From NCBI GenBank assembly GCA_964016885.1, contig OZ024746.1, positions 2,790,001 to 2,854,000 of the forward strand: a stretch of DNA of 64,000 nt. Direction: 5' to 3'. Position 1 is the stretch's first letter. Every line of letters begins with the position of its first letter. Positions 1 through 14,142 of the stretch are shown here, piece by piece. Origin of the DNA: Eledone cirrhosa (Eukaryota). Position numbers and translations under genes: made by a program. The notes under the pieces were generated by a model. The model saw nothing but the letters and a program-made list of their open reading frames with translations, was not told the origin of the DNA and ran no database searches.

Positions 1-164
1 GTGGTAGTAGTAGTAGTAGTGGCGGTGGTGGTGGTAGTGGTGGTGGTGGTGGTGGTAGTAGTAGTAGTAGTAGATCCAGCTATTTAAATGTTTGTAAGCA
101 ATTTCATACCAATAAGTTAAGTAAGATTTCTTTAAATGTATTCTAGTGTGTGTCTGTGTATAGC

Positions 165-682
165 TGTCACACTGTATTTACTGAGTCACACTGTACCTAA
201 TGAGAGACACTGTCACTAATGTGAGTCACACTGTACCTACTGTGAGTCACACTGTCACACTGTACCTAATGTGAGTCACACTGTCACACTGAATCTAATG
301 TAACACTGTCACACTGTACCTAATGTGAGTCACTGTCACACTGTACCTAATGTGAGTCACTGTCACACTGTACCTACTGTGAGTCACACTGTACCTACTG
401 TGAGTCCCACTGTACCTAATCTAACAGTCACACTGTACCTAACGTCACACTGTCACACTGTACCTAACGTCACACTGTCACACTGTACCTAATGTCAGTC
501 ACACTGTACCTAATGTCAGTCACACTACCTACTGTGAGTCACTGTCACACTGTACACACTGTCACACTGTACCTAATGTCAGTCACACTACCTACTGTGA
601 GTCACTGTCACACTGTACACACTGTCACACTGTACCTAATGTCACACTGTACCTACTGTGAGTCACACATTGTCACACTGTC
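165..682. repeat. Irregular minisatellite built from cactgt/cacactgtacctaatgtgagt modules
   Basis: Direct inspection. Confidence 0.9.
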
Positions 683-3600
683 AGTGTGTTACTCTGTTGT
701 GTGTCATCTGAGTTTTGTAGTAGTTGCCCCACTAAATTCTCTAATTGAAAGAAATCACATTTTGAAAGAACATTGGTTCTGAGATGGAGGGAAAAGTGGA
801 AGTTCCTATTACATCAAAGACCTGGCTGAATACTTACAAGAGAGTGGACTAAAGGTACCCAATGCTCAGCTGGTAGTATTAAACTAGGCAATAGATTAAG
901 TTTCCCCCAAGAACAGATTCAATGTTTCTATTTACCCAATTTCACTCAAGGACTTTAGGCTCAATCTGAGGTTATTGTAGAAGGTAGTTGGTGGATTGAA
1001 CCTGAAGCCATGTGATTGCAAAGCAAATTTCTTAACTTTTAGCCATGCCTATTACTATGTAGCAGTAAACCATCAATATTAAGGAAGTAAATAAAATTAG
1101 GTACAACTTTTCTAACTTTTTGATAGAGATGGCTATCATCTCTCAAAATATTTTTTTCATCTCACAGAAGAAAAATAACTTATCACTCAGCTAAATAACA
1201 GTTAAAAAAGCTTGGAGAGGGAGATTAATAGATTGAAGAATTTGTGCAAACAAATCGAAATACAGTCTTTAATGGTACACCAGTCCTATTACTACTTTTA
1301 ACAGAATCTCTCAGTCTTTAATGGTACACCAGTATTATTACTACTTTTAACAGAATCTCATGTATTTATTGAAACTTTTCATAAACAATCAAGTTTTGGA
1401 ACAAATGTTTAAAGATTTTCATAACATGCAAAAATAGTGAAAATGACCTATAAGTGTTAATGAACTAATTAACAATTTTTTGGTTAGTTAAACATTGCAT
1501 TTTTTTCTTGCATCACTTTGATGACTATTTAATCAGTATGCAGTATCAATAGTCAGTTTATGATTTTCTTTTTATTAGAAGAGAAGCAGTGCTCATGACC
1601 TTTTCAATAATTCAGCTCCACCCCTTTTCAGATCAATGAGATTGATATTCAGTTTGGAATTCTGTTGGGAAAATGTGGCCAGAGAGGGGGAGGGGGGTAA
1701 TTACAGAGGATAAACATGTGTATTGAGAACACTTCAGTGGATCTGGTGTACAACTTATTTGTTCTGACAAGTAGAATCATTTGTAGCAACAGTAGAAGAC
1801 AGAAGGAACACCAATTGCTGTAGCAGAGTGAGTGAGCTTTTGCCAATTAGGCAGATAGCCTTCTTTTAGGTGTGGTCTCAAATATTTCTATGTAGCAACA
1901 GTAACACTATCTCGTGGGTGTGAGTAGTACTTTAATAGGGTCTCACTTGAGCTTAATGAAGGTCAATGACTGAACATAGGAATTATTTCATCCTGTGAAC
2001 AAAAAACAAAAACAAAAAGAGAACGAAATTTGCTTAAAATTTAGGCTAATAACAGACTTTTTTAAGAATTTAAAATTTTATGTTTTTTAATATTTCTACA
2101 CAATTTACTGTACATAGTTTGTATTTTTTAGCTATCCATTTTTTTTAATTACAAAAAAAAAAAAAGAAAGAAAGAAACATGTCTTCTGCAAACATTTTCA
2201 ACAATGGTATTATAAGTTGATAATAAAAGTAGTTCCAGCAATTAGATTGCCATTTTCTTTTGTATATGTAAGAATCTTGTCCAGGAAATATGTCTTTATC
2301 CTGTTAATACTTCAGAAACAGATGCGAAGTGTACGTCTTTTATGACTTGAGGTATGTGAAAACATTTAATCTTATTATATAGATACTGAAGAACAGTGGC
2401 TTGGCAGAATCTTTGGAGTATTAGATAAAATGTTTTATGATATATGTTCTGACTTCTTGCATTCTGAGTTCTAAATCCTGTTGGGCCATCTGGTGCCAAT
2501 AAAATATAGTACTGGTTAAATACTGGGATCAATAAAATATAGTACTGGTTAAATACTGGGGTCAATAAAATATAGTACTGGTTAAATACTGGGGTCAATG
2601 AAATTGACTTTCCTCTTTCTCCAAATTGCTGGCCTCCTGCCTAAATCAGAAACCTGTTAATGTCACAACCTTATTCAGAAACTTATATTATATGATTGCT
2701 CAACCTGCTGAAAATAGCAACCTAATGTACCTCAAATCATATCCTATCTGTCATAAAGAAAATAACTCATTTGATAATGTAATCATAGATTAATTATCTG
2801 AAAACAAAAACAAAAAGCAAAAAAAAAGTAGTCACAACTGGAATTCCTTATATTATACATCTACTTAATACTAAGGGTTAACAACAACAATACATAGACA
2901 CAACAGTGCTAACAGAACTTAAACTTGTGATCTTTTGGTTCATTTGTCAAGCTCCTAACTACTTGACTTCACTCCCTCAATATTTACCATCAGTTCTGCT
3001 TCAATTGAAATACCATTTTGATATATTCTGAACTCTTTCTCTTTTAATTTGGCTGACTCTCTCTTGTCGTCTTTACATAATTCATTGCTTCAAATTTTAT
3101 ATTCATATTTTTATCATAATTAGTTTGTCAATAAAATTCTCGTTGACTCACATAAAATCTGAAATAGGATTTTATTTTTTGTGTGGAAATTATATATATA
3201 TAACTGCTCCTACTACTACTATTACTAACTGCATTATCACTACAGCAACGTGATTTCAATTAATATAACTACCAACATTAATACCATAATTACTTCTAAA
3301 ACTACCACCACAATTACCTTCTACCACCGCCACTACCATGGTTGTGACTATATTGCATATTTAACTTACCCACCCCTTCTATTGTTGGGTTCAGTCAGTA
3401 ACCATAGTAACATGTGTTCATTGCTATAAAAACAATAAAATAGTTTAATTTCTAATGAAAACCATCTGGATGAATTTTACTTTGGGAATTGTTTAATTCT
3501 GTGAACCAAAAAACAAAATTGACATTAAAATGTAGGCTAATAACAGTGGTCATCGTTAAATCTTATCTTCATTCTTATCGTCATTCCCATTATTGTTTTC

Positions 3601-3884
3601 ATTGCCATCACCATCAGATTAATTACTAGTCTTCTAAAATGGCAGCTGGATTCCATCAAATCACACACTACCATCTTAAAATAAGGAAAGATCCCTTCTT
3701 AATACAAAAAGATAAGATGAGCATAGGTCTGATTTGGAACTAAACAACAATCATCATTGTCATCATTATTGAGTCAATATAACCATCAACATTATCACAG
3801 TAAAAGCAGAAGCAATAGTGCTAAACATTCAAATCATTGATATTCTATATTAGACACAATATTCTTATTGATAATCTATTTTAA

Positions 3885-4116
3885 CCCTTTAGTTACCAAC
3901 CCGGCCAAAACCGGTTCTGGTTCTATTAAATAAAACCACCCATTTTAAATGTTTCATATTTAAATTAAAATCTTCCAGTATAATTTTATATAAGAATCTT
4001 ACAATAAGATACTATTTTAGTAATAAAATAATTAATAATTTTAGTAAATCCCTCAATGTTCTTCATTAATTAATTAAAATAGAGTGTATTTTATTAGAAA
4101 TGTAGTCATGAAAGAG
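3885..4116 (+). mobile_element. piggyBac-type MITE family 1 (TTAA target)
   Basis: TTAA|CCCTTT...AAAGAG|TTAA. Homologous copies at 13911-14142 (+), 48990-49215 (-), 14330-14460 (-, partial) and 11505-11835 (inverted pair). Confidence 0.75.
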
Positions 4117-5669
4117 TTAAAACATCAGACTAATGTTTGTAAAGAAATATAGTTTATTATATCAGTTGGAATAAATTACTGTTATTTATATTACCACCCA
4201 ATTAGGGAGAGTTTGACAAATAAATAAAATGTGTGTGATATGAAGCAAGTAGAAGCCTAAAATTATTTTTCTAAATCACAGGGAACCAAACAGCCACGCA
4301 TTAACTCTTTGCAGACAGATTTAGCTATGTTAAGAATTGAACTTTACATTTGAAGCCAATGACAAGTGTTTTAAGGCTATCATGACTTTAACGCCATTGG
4401 CCTTATTGAACCCATGACTCACTTCTCTATTTTTCCCTATTGCCTGCACCCCCCCCCCTCTCCTTTACCAACCTCCTGGCATTCATTTTTTCCTCCACTA
4501 TTTTTAGCTATGAAGCCAACAAATCTTTTCCTAATTTCCCATTACTGCCACTGTTTAACTTAAAGGTAGGAAGACTTCAGTGCTGAAAGCATGTAAAGGA
4601 ATGTATCTCATGTTGCTGCTTGAAGACTGTTCTAGTAGTTTGATCAGTACAACTACTTACTCATTGAAGAAGTGTGTGAGTGGTTGAGTATTCCTTACAT
4701 AATCCTCAAGCAGAACCATCGTGACCTAATATGTAATTATATTAGGTCTTGGAAATACAGTTAGTCTATATGATATTTCTAAATGATATTTGTTTACACA
4801 GTTCCATTAGCAAGATTTAAAACATCACAAAGTTATAGTAAAGAATAATTGTGCAGAGTAGGATCAATCTTGGTATCTCATGATTTTAGAAGCAAATTCC
4901 TTAACTAGTCAGCCATAATGCAGCACAAACTCAATACAAACTGCTGACGTCTCAGCTGGTTGTCTGGCATTCTATTGGCTGGTCTATCTGCATTATCATA
5001 GAATGTAGAGGGCTGAAATGCAATACTGTAAGGCATCTAATCTTCTGCTTAACTGCTTCTGCCAAGTCACTACCACTAAATGGAATCATAACAAAAGACA
5101 GATGACTCTATGAATATGCAAATAAAAAACAACAACTTGTTTACCATTGTGTCCACAATGTAGGCACAATGGGGAAGCATTGTGGACACTGTTAAAGCTA
5201 TAGAATATGTTGATTGGTGTGTCTTGTGCAGAATATAGATTGAAGACAATTATTATCATATTCAATCCAATGGCAATTGCTGATGTAAACATCAGGTGAG
5301 CAATATATTTATGCAATATAATGAAGTAATAAAGATGGGAAGGTTTTCCTGTGATGTGTGGTGCAGACTGCTTTGCAAGCATATTTTTAACAAATTACTG
5401 CTATTATTAAAAAGAAATAATAATAATAATATTATTATTATTGCAGTTATTCTTAATATTATCATTATAATTACTGGCATCTTTCCAAAGAATCAGCAGA
5501 ATTTGAACTTAGAATGTAGGAAGGCATAATTGAATACAACAAGGTATTTTGTCTGACTCTAACCATTTTACTAGTCTTAACAACAACAATAATAGTGCTT
5601 TCTTTGATTTATTTTTTAATATCTTTCTCTCCATCTTGGAGTGAAAGATATCATTATTATTATTGCTAT

Positions 5670-5885
5670 GGCGGTGGATTGGCAGTATCGGTAGAGCGTC
5701 GTCAAACACCGTGCTTCATAGTTACACACCTTTACATTCTGAGTTCAAATATGGCCGTGGTTAGCTTTACCTTTCATCCTCACAGGGTTGATAAAATAAA
5801 GTACCAGTAACACACTGGGTCTCAATTTAATCGATTTTCTCCTCCCCTCAAAAATTACTGGCCTTGTGCATAAATCAAGCATTGT
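5670..5885 (+). mobile_element. tRNA-derived SINE family B (other copies or fragments near 2390-2655, 13005-13100, 21215-21355, 47045-47140, 61065-61145, and 38430-38585 on - strand)
   Basis: Recurrent motif ggattggcagt..ggtagagc...ctgagttcaaat...gctttacctttcatcc...gataaaataaagtaccagt...ggccttgtgcctaaa. Confidence 0.8.
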
Positions 5886-8295
5886 AATTATTAATTATTG
5901 AACTGGTGTTTGGCCCCAATTTTTATGGCATTACACTGATGTGGGATAAATCTTCCCCTGGATAAGATGTCAATATAAGTTTATGCATCATTTCCAGGTG
6001 ACCTACCTATTACTAGTATCTAGGTGTATGGCCCACATCTACAATTAAATACCAACAATCAATGTAGATTCTTCTTTTCCTCCTTTTCTTCCTCCTCCTC
6101 CTCCTTTTAAGACATGTGGCTCTCTCTTGTGATGTGTTTTGCAGACAGAAGTAAACTTTCAAAGTGTAATTTTGTATTCATTGAAATATTTATGAGATAA
6201 AAACTAATCCAAACTTGAAAATGACAATTAAGATTTTAAAAAAAACAAAAAACATTATTGATTTCATTGTGTTCATAGATTGATATTTTCTGTCTGAGAG
6301 TAAACAAAAATATTTAAATTAAAGGCAAATCTATTTCTGGTAGTTTGATTGAAAGCTGTATTAAATATTTATACATTGTGCATGTTGTGATAATCCACTT
6401 TCTCAAAAACAGAAAACAAAAACATAGACATTTCTTTTCTCTATTTAAATTCATAATAATAATAATTTCTTAGAAAAGCAGAACTGAAGAAGCTAAGTGT
6501 CAATGCAGAGATGATGAAAGAATGGACTGGAAAGAACATATGAGCAGGATGGTGGGGACAGTAGTGTAGAGACTGACAGATAAATTTACTCACTTGCCTC
6601 AGTGTGTCAAAGACATGACAACCTCCCTAGTGTTGGTGATTTACACAATAAACACACCCAGTACATACTGAAGTGGTTGGTAATAAGAAGGGCATCCAGC
6701 CATAGAAATTTTGCCAAACAAAGGGTTGGGAAGACCCTCAGTTGTATCAAAGACATGACAACCTTTCCTGAGCACTTGATGAAACGTAAGACTGTACATA
6801 AGCACACAAGTCCCTAGCCTACCTGGGAGATCAGTGGCTCTGCTTCAGTACTGACTTGGTTTATATGACCTGTCCAACCCATACTAGCAGGAAAAGTGAA
6901 CATTAAAATGACAATGATGATGATGAAGGTTAAATTAAAATGACAGTCAAGTAGTGAGACTGATAAAATCGACTTTCTCCTTCCCACAAATTGATGGTCT
7001 AGTGTCAATATTAGAAAAAGTTAATAGTAATAATGTGAATTATAACCATGACTTCCTGCATTTAGTATTTGTGAGATAAAAGCCTTTTTATTTTGTTTAA
7101 TTATATGCTTTAACAGGTATACAATATTGTCGGTGAAAGTTATCAACTGTTTCAAAGTGTTCTGTCTAAAACATTAGACTTCTTTTCTTTATCACAGCAT
7201 AAAACCTATTCTCATTGTTTGAATTATTTGTAGTAAAAAAGAAGTGTGGGTGAAGAATTTTAAACTATAAAATAAAGAGAGAAACCACATATAAATATAT
7301 GAATCTCTCAACCTATCCAAAATAGATATGTAAAGGTGGTAAACTGAAGCGTGATATTTTATTAACTTACCTCCTTGGTGTATATGTTTTTAACAACATT
7401 TTCCACTTACAAGATGTATATAGAAAAGGGAGAGTCTTCGTTTAGACATTTATATTAAGTTTTATTTGCAGAGAGAAAGCATCAATTGCTACATGTTCTT
7501 TCTTTCTTTCCTTTTTTAATCATGTTTTATTTCTGCTTTTCTTTTTCTTTATTTACTTTCATTTTCAAAATGCCATCTAAAGTTGTTTGTAAACCTCCAA
7601 TCACTGGAACTTGTGTGTTTTTGATAATCTTGAAAAAAAAAAAAAAAAATAGCAAAATAAGACACCATGTTCAGTTCTCATAATACAATTTGGAAGAGAA
7701 AAGTGCTTATTGTTTTTGGTTTTTTGCTTATGAAGTTTTTGTTTTTTGTTGATTTTTTTTTTTCACAGAGAGTGAGTTGGCATATGTTTGCGTGTATTTG
7801 TAAATATGTCCTTGTAGTTGCTTTGTAGCTTTCTTTCCAGTAGTATGCACTTTGATGCAAAACTGCTTAGATGATTCAAAGTACATTTTCTTAACAGCAT
7901 TGCCATTGCCATCAGCACTATTGGCACCAAAACTTTTAAAGTCTATTGTAATCCCACTTTGAAATTTACTCTACAAATATTAGTCTTGTACTGGATGTGT
8001 TCTGAACCATGAAATAAAACCTTAGTTGTTCAGAGCTAACTTGGAAAATAGTGTTTTAAACAGGTGTGTAAATCTCAAGTTAAAATAAGTGCAGTCAACC
8101 GGAACAATAACTGCAGCTGCTCCAAGTTCATCTTGGGTTATACTGATAGTCTGATGAAATATATATACTGTATATGTTTTGTGTTGATCTGGTAGTAATG
8201 AAGATAAGTGTGTGACTATGTTGATGGTTATAATTTAGTCATGCCATGACTAAATTATAACCATCAACATAGTCAAGGAATGTCAAGCATCAACT

Positions 8296-8361
8296 TATTT
8301 TATCTGATGAGGACGTACTGTTGAAATAGCTCAGTACCTCTGAAATATATATAATAAAATA
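8296..8361 (+). ncRNA. Minimal type I hammerhead ribozyme motif
   Basis: Stem I tattttat/ataaaata, CTGATGA, stem II core gtactg/cagtac, (t)GAAA, palindromic stem III tatata, TA cleavage dinucleotide. Confidence 0.65.
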
Positions 8362-8621
8362 TATTTGATCACATGAATGTCTATATTTATTAATATTTTG
8401 AAGTAATATTAATAACTCCAGAAAACTCTCTGTAGAGTGCTCATAATCTATTGTGAAACTTTATTCATTGATGAATTCATTGAACCTTGTTAAACTTTTA
8501 ATTATATATATATAGATAGAGAGAGAAACAGAGAGACAGACAGACATGCTCACAACCCTTGGTAGCAGGGAAAATGAATGTTAAATGATGATGGTATACA
8601 TACATATTTAATGATATATAT

Positions 8622-8961
8622 GGAGGCACATGGCTTAGTGGTTAGAGCATTGGCCTTGCAATCAAAAGGTTGTGAGTTCAATTCTCAGACCGAGTGATGT
8701 GTTGTTTCCTTGAGCAAGACACTTTATTTCACATTACTCCAGTTTACTCAGCTGTAGAAATGAGATGATAGGGACTGGGGTCCCTATCATTCCACTGCAA
8801 AGTGGTCGTGGAGGTGCCACGGCAAAAAAGCACCCAGCACTCACTGTAAATGAGGTTGGTGTTAGGAAGGGCATCCAGCTGTAATCAAGCCAGAATCAGT
8901 TCCCGTCCCACCCTTTCAAGCAGGGAAAAGTGGATATAAAATGAAATAATGATGATGATGA
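8622..8961 (+). mobile_element. tRNA-derived SINE family A with RTE-type 3' end
   Basis: A box TGGCTTAGTGG, B box GAGTTCAATTC, body ttccttgagcaagacacttta...actcagctgtagaaatgag. Tail ggtgttaggaagggcatccagc...gatgatgat is shared with the RTE 3' UTR. Near-identical copy at 26101. Confidence 0.85.
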
Positions 8962-8973
8962 TATATATATATA

Positions 8974-9291
8974 TGTTGACTTGTTCTTCTTTTTGGTAAA
9001 TATCATCTTGGTTAAGAGAGTGGGACTGGCTTTGTGCAGTGCCTTTGCTCACTATAAAAGCTTCACGGCACAGGCATTGCTTTATATCTGGAGATCTCTC
9101 TGCACTTGTCGTCACATGGTACCATGGGCCCAGCACTATGTGTCAATAATTGTCACAAGTGTAGTGTTTGTACCAGAGTTTTCAAGTCGCTGGCTGGACT
9201 AAAAAGTCACACTCGTTCAACGCATCGGTAGGGGTTCTCCTACATGGATATAAAGTAGTGGCCGTACTCGAAAACGAGTTGGCAGCCACCA
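8974..9291. mobile_element. Candidate solo LTR inserted in (TA)n
   Basis: 318-bp, more GC-rich segment bounded by TGTTGAC...GCCACCA (TG..CA, imperfect terminal inverted repeat), with (AT)n on both sides. Confidence 0.4.
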
Positions 9292-9863
9292 TATATATAT
9301 ATGTGTATTTTGTGTGTGTACAGACATTGTTTTTGATCTGTTCAAACTGGATAGAAAATTCACACCTGTTGAAATTCTGAAATAATGTTTTCAACATCTT
9401 CTTTTGCAGGTTTATAAATATATAGTACTGAGGAGAATAACCTTAAAAGCATCTTCTTCAGTGTCCTCCTTCTTATGACTTCCTTTACAGCTGCTATAAT
9501 TTCCTCTTTTGTTGTATGTGACATCATTTTTTATGGTAAAGGATTTATTGTAAGATGTCTTTATTTCTCCCTTAAAATATGAGATGGAGACTTAAGACAT
9601 TAAAGTTTTCTAAACTTTTCATTCAGAGCCAGAGAAAACTTACCACACCAATAGGGAGGGGTGATTCCAAATAATAATTAATACAGGGTAGAGAGGACTT
9701 TTTCGTTTTCCCACATAAAATGACCTCTTTAATACCTATAGTAGAGTGAATACATCCATTTCACAACACCAAAGTTATCTAGTTTTCTTGTTGTTATGTG
9801 TGCAATATAAGGACTGTGATGAGCCATCAAACCCATGCTAGCATGGTGAAACCAATGTAAAAT

Positions 9864-10142
<279 letters not shown>

Positions 10143-13100
10143 AGAGAGAAGGTGGAGAAGAGTTTTTCAGTTATTGCCTCTTGTTCTTCAGCTGTTGTAT
10201 TCAGTAATTTGTCGGCATCAGAGATAGCAAAATGTTACTGGTGTTTTGGGACCCATATTTTATGTTCCCTTTCTTTCTCTCTATCTCTCCCCCCTCTTTC
10301 TCTCTATCTCTCCCCCCTCTTTCTCTCTCCATTATTGAATGGACAAACTTCTATTGATGTTGTTTGTAACCAATTTCAAGGCTTCTGAATATTTTGCCAG
10401 AACTTGAGTGCACAGTTGCATAACAAACACTTGTTCAATGCAGATCATTTAAGTGTCATGAATGGCAGAAATTGTTTCTTCTTTTTGTTTATCCCCCCCC
10501 CCCATATTGGATCCCCCGAGTCTCATGTTATTTAATGTTCCTCGCCTAAATAGTGTCCCTACCAAGCAAACAGTCTTTTATTTTATTTATTTCTATATAC
10601 ATGCATATGTGTGTGTGTTATATATATATATATTACCATCAGTACACACACATATGCACACAAAAACATGCACACACATACAGATATACACACATACATT
10701 GTATGTTTTGTTGTTGCTTTTTTCACATTTAAAAGATGAAAACTTAATATAACATTTGGCAACATTTAGTGTTATGATTATGCTCAGTCACATAAAAACT
10801 AAACCGAGGTGGAAAAAAAAGTGCATTAACATATGTGCTGTTGCTTTTAACTGCAGATATTGAATTCTGGTGCTTTAAGATTACATGAACATAAGTAGTG
10901 TAGAAGAAAACTCCATAAATATTAACTAGAAGCTGGATATTTACACAAGACAATTTTCTAAACTTTAAATCTTTGATCTTCTAATGCAGTTCTATGAAAT
11001 TATATTACCCTTTTTTCCATTTCCTTTTATAGTTTGCCTTCTACACATTTCAGTCATCATCATCATCATCACATTACAAGAATTCTAAGCTTCGCATTCA
11101 AATTGTTTAGATTATTTCAAACAGTCATACTCATTTCAGATAATAATATTTTCAGGAATGACATATCTCATATTCCCCATCGTTACCACTGTTATACCAG
11201 TAAGTTGTTATTACTTAGATATAGCTCTTAGTATCACATGACATAGTTTAATAAATATACTTCAGTGTTTTACAGGAAATTCTATCCATACCCGTCTCTT
11301 AAAAATTTTTTTGTGGATTTATTTTTCTCTTATTTTCTTCTGAATCTTACAAAACATGGCAACCTTCCCATTTGTGTTATAAAAACATAATAATAATTGA
11401 TGGATAATTCTTTTAGAATTTTGGATACAATTGTTTACGCTTTATTTACTTGTTTACGAGTTATAAAATATATTTCATAAGAATATCTTATAAACAAAGG
11501 GAATTCACTCTTTTGTTATCATATTTCTAATGAAATACTTTGTAATATAATTAGTTAAGAATTTCGGAAGGTTTTACTAAAAGTAGAATTTCATTATTAA
11601 AACTGTAACTTAACAAAATGCTCTTATATAAAATTATGTTGGAAGGTTTTAATTTAAGTGGGAACCCTTTAAAGTGGGTGGTTTTTTCCAGTTTAAATGT
11701 CAAATCTTACATAATTTTATATAAGAACCTTACATTAAGTTACTATCTTCATAATGAAATAATTAATAATTTTAGTAAATCCCTCAAAATTCTTGATAAA
11801 TAAATTAAAATAGAGTGTATTTCATTAGAAAAATGATATTTATGAATTATACCTGAAAAAAAGATTAAATGTAGGAACTTTCTGAAAATCATGGCAATGC
11901 TTTACCAAGGAACTCTTATACTGAAACAATGTGTAAATAACAGAAGTAAATAGAAGTCCATAACAGAATACTGGGCTGATGAGACATTGTCAAATAGACA
12001 TTGTAGTAATTGTGATGTATGACTTTTTAATTTGAAATATATTCAACTAGGAAATTTTTTAAATTAACAACAACCTTGATGCATTAAGAAACAAAACATA
12101 TATTTTGGTACAAACCCCTTCCATTAAAGAACCAGTAATTATATAAAATAAGTACCTTGTTTACCCACCAGGACTGTATCTATATCCCTGTACTTCAAGT
12201 TCTCTTCTTCATTTCAAGGTCTATTGCATTAGATATTTAGCAGTATATTGGTCACTAACAAAGCTATCAATTTGAAATATTTTATCTTTTTATCTGATAC
12301 ATAAAAGCAACTTCATACATTATTATATTGAGGAAAACCTAAACAATGGCAATTTCCTTGTAGTCAGCAGAATAAAGTCAAATAGACAGGAATCTTTTTC
12401 ATGAGACTTCCACATAAGATTCCTGTTGTTCCCAATCTCTTGTGTAGTTTGACAAGCACTTTTCTCTTTACAATAACCATTGTTGGCATTTCATTTGGTA
12501 CTGTCATTCTAAAAGCTTTAGAACCGGCTCTGCATTTAATTCCTTCATTTATATAAGTCATCTAAAAATAAACCTTTTCTTTTTATTTTATCATTCTATT
12601 ATGGAGTAAATTGCTTTAGTTTCTTATTGTCTTCATCATCTTCACTGCCACCATCACTTCCTCCTTTCCTCTTCCCCAACCCACTCCTCTTTTCATTCAA
12701 TGCTTATAAAAGTTACTACATGGCATATCTGAAGTCATTGTCTTTCGTGTTCTATTAATATATAAATGAAGAATTCTTGCTCCATTTGTAACAGAACTGT
12801 TTTTAATACAACATCCTGACTGATGTAAAATGTTGCTCTAGAAATAGAATCTTGGCAACCATGTATGTAACTCAATGCATTCTTTAAAGTGACTTTCTCT
12901 TTTAGCCTGCTGCCATTACAATTTCGCTGCTTAAACTTAAATCAAATTTGTTTGTTCTCCATAATGTATCAATTCTGAGTATTTGGTTTTGCACAATATT
13001 ATTCAATTAACTTTGCCTTTCATCATTACGGGGTCGATAAAATAAAGTACCAGTAATGCGCTGGGATAATTGCTGGCTTTGTGCCAAAAAGTAGAAACAA

Positions 13101-13910
13101 TTATTCAATGTATTCTGTAAAGTTAAGGCAACTGTTGCTGCCATCATCATCATCATTCTGTGAAATAAGTATTGATCAAGAGTTAGATTTCACTACAGAT
13201 TGTTGTTGTTGTTGTTGTTTGTTTCTGTGTGAGGTGGGGGGGGGATCTTTTTCTTTTGTGATTCTGGGAAAGAAATTATATTCTACATATATCAGTTTAT
13301 GTAACTAAGAGAAATAATACCAGATATTGGATAGGTTATATACCATATAGACTGATGTCTTCGAGTCAGTTCGGTATCTGTAGATTAAAGGTTGATGAAA
13401 CCTCTCTCTCTTTCTCTCTCTCTCTCTCCTCTCTCTTTCTCTCTCTCTCTCTCTCTGTATTGAATTCTATCCTACTGTAAATGTTGTTAACTGCTACATG
13501 GATATAGAACTAAATTTGGCATAATGGTAATAGAACTGGTTAAAACAGGGCTACTGATCCTCACTTTTATTTTAGTTTGTTCAACTGCAACTCGTCTGCT
13601 GACAAATTGGTTGTTGTTGTATAAATTGCCGTTGTTGTTGTTTAGCCACCGGTCAGCCTTTATCAGACATGTTCCAGCAGTGATAGTCCAATCTTTTTGT
13701 TTTTCCAGTCATAATATAACTAGAATTCATCATCATCACCGTTTTACATCCGTTCTTCCACGCTTGCATGGGTTGGACGGGTTGTCCTGTTGCGGGCAGT
13801 GTCCGGTCGGCTGACCTTGTCTTTATACTATTAAATGTTTCTTAACCTTTTTCTCTTGATTTTGCTTTGTTTTTTTTAAGATGGTAGGATTTCATTTGAA
13901 CCAGATTCAA

Positions 13911-14142
13911 ACCTTTAGTTACCAACCCGACCAAAACCAGCTCTGGTTCTATGAAATAAAACCACCCATTTTAAAGGTTTCCAATTTGAAATAAAATCTT
14001 CCAACATAATTTTATATAATAACTTTACATTAAGTTATTATCTTAGTAATGAAATAATTAATAATTTTAGTTAAGTCCTCAAAATTCTCCATTAATTAAT
14101 TGAAATAGAATTTACTTCATTAGAAATATGGTCATGAAAGGG
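13911..14142 (+). mobile_element. piggyBac-type MITE family 1 copy
   Basis: Alignable by eye to 3885-4116. Ends catgaaaggg|TTAA. Confidence 0.75.

Noticed and set aside
8622-8695. tRNA gene
   Set aside because: A and B boxes are present, but the sequence continues into a SINE body and is repeated with variation. It is a SINE head.
11969-12010. Hammerhead-like CTGATGA-gac-att-gtc-AAA
   Set aside because: The GAAA box lacks its G and stems I and III are unconvincing. At best a dead remnant.
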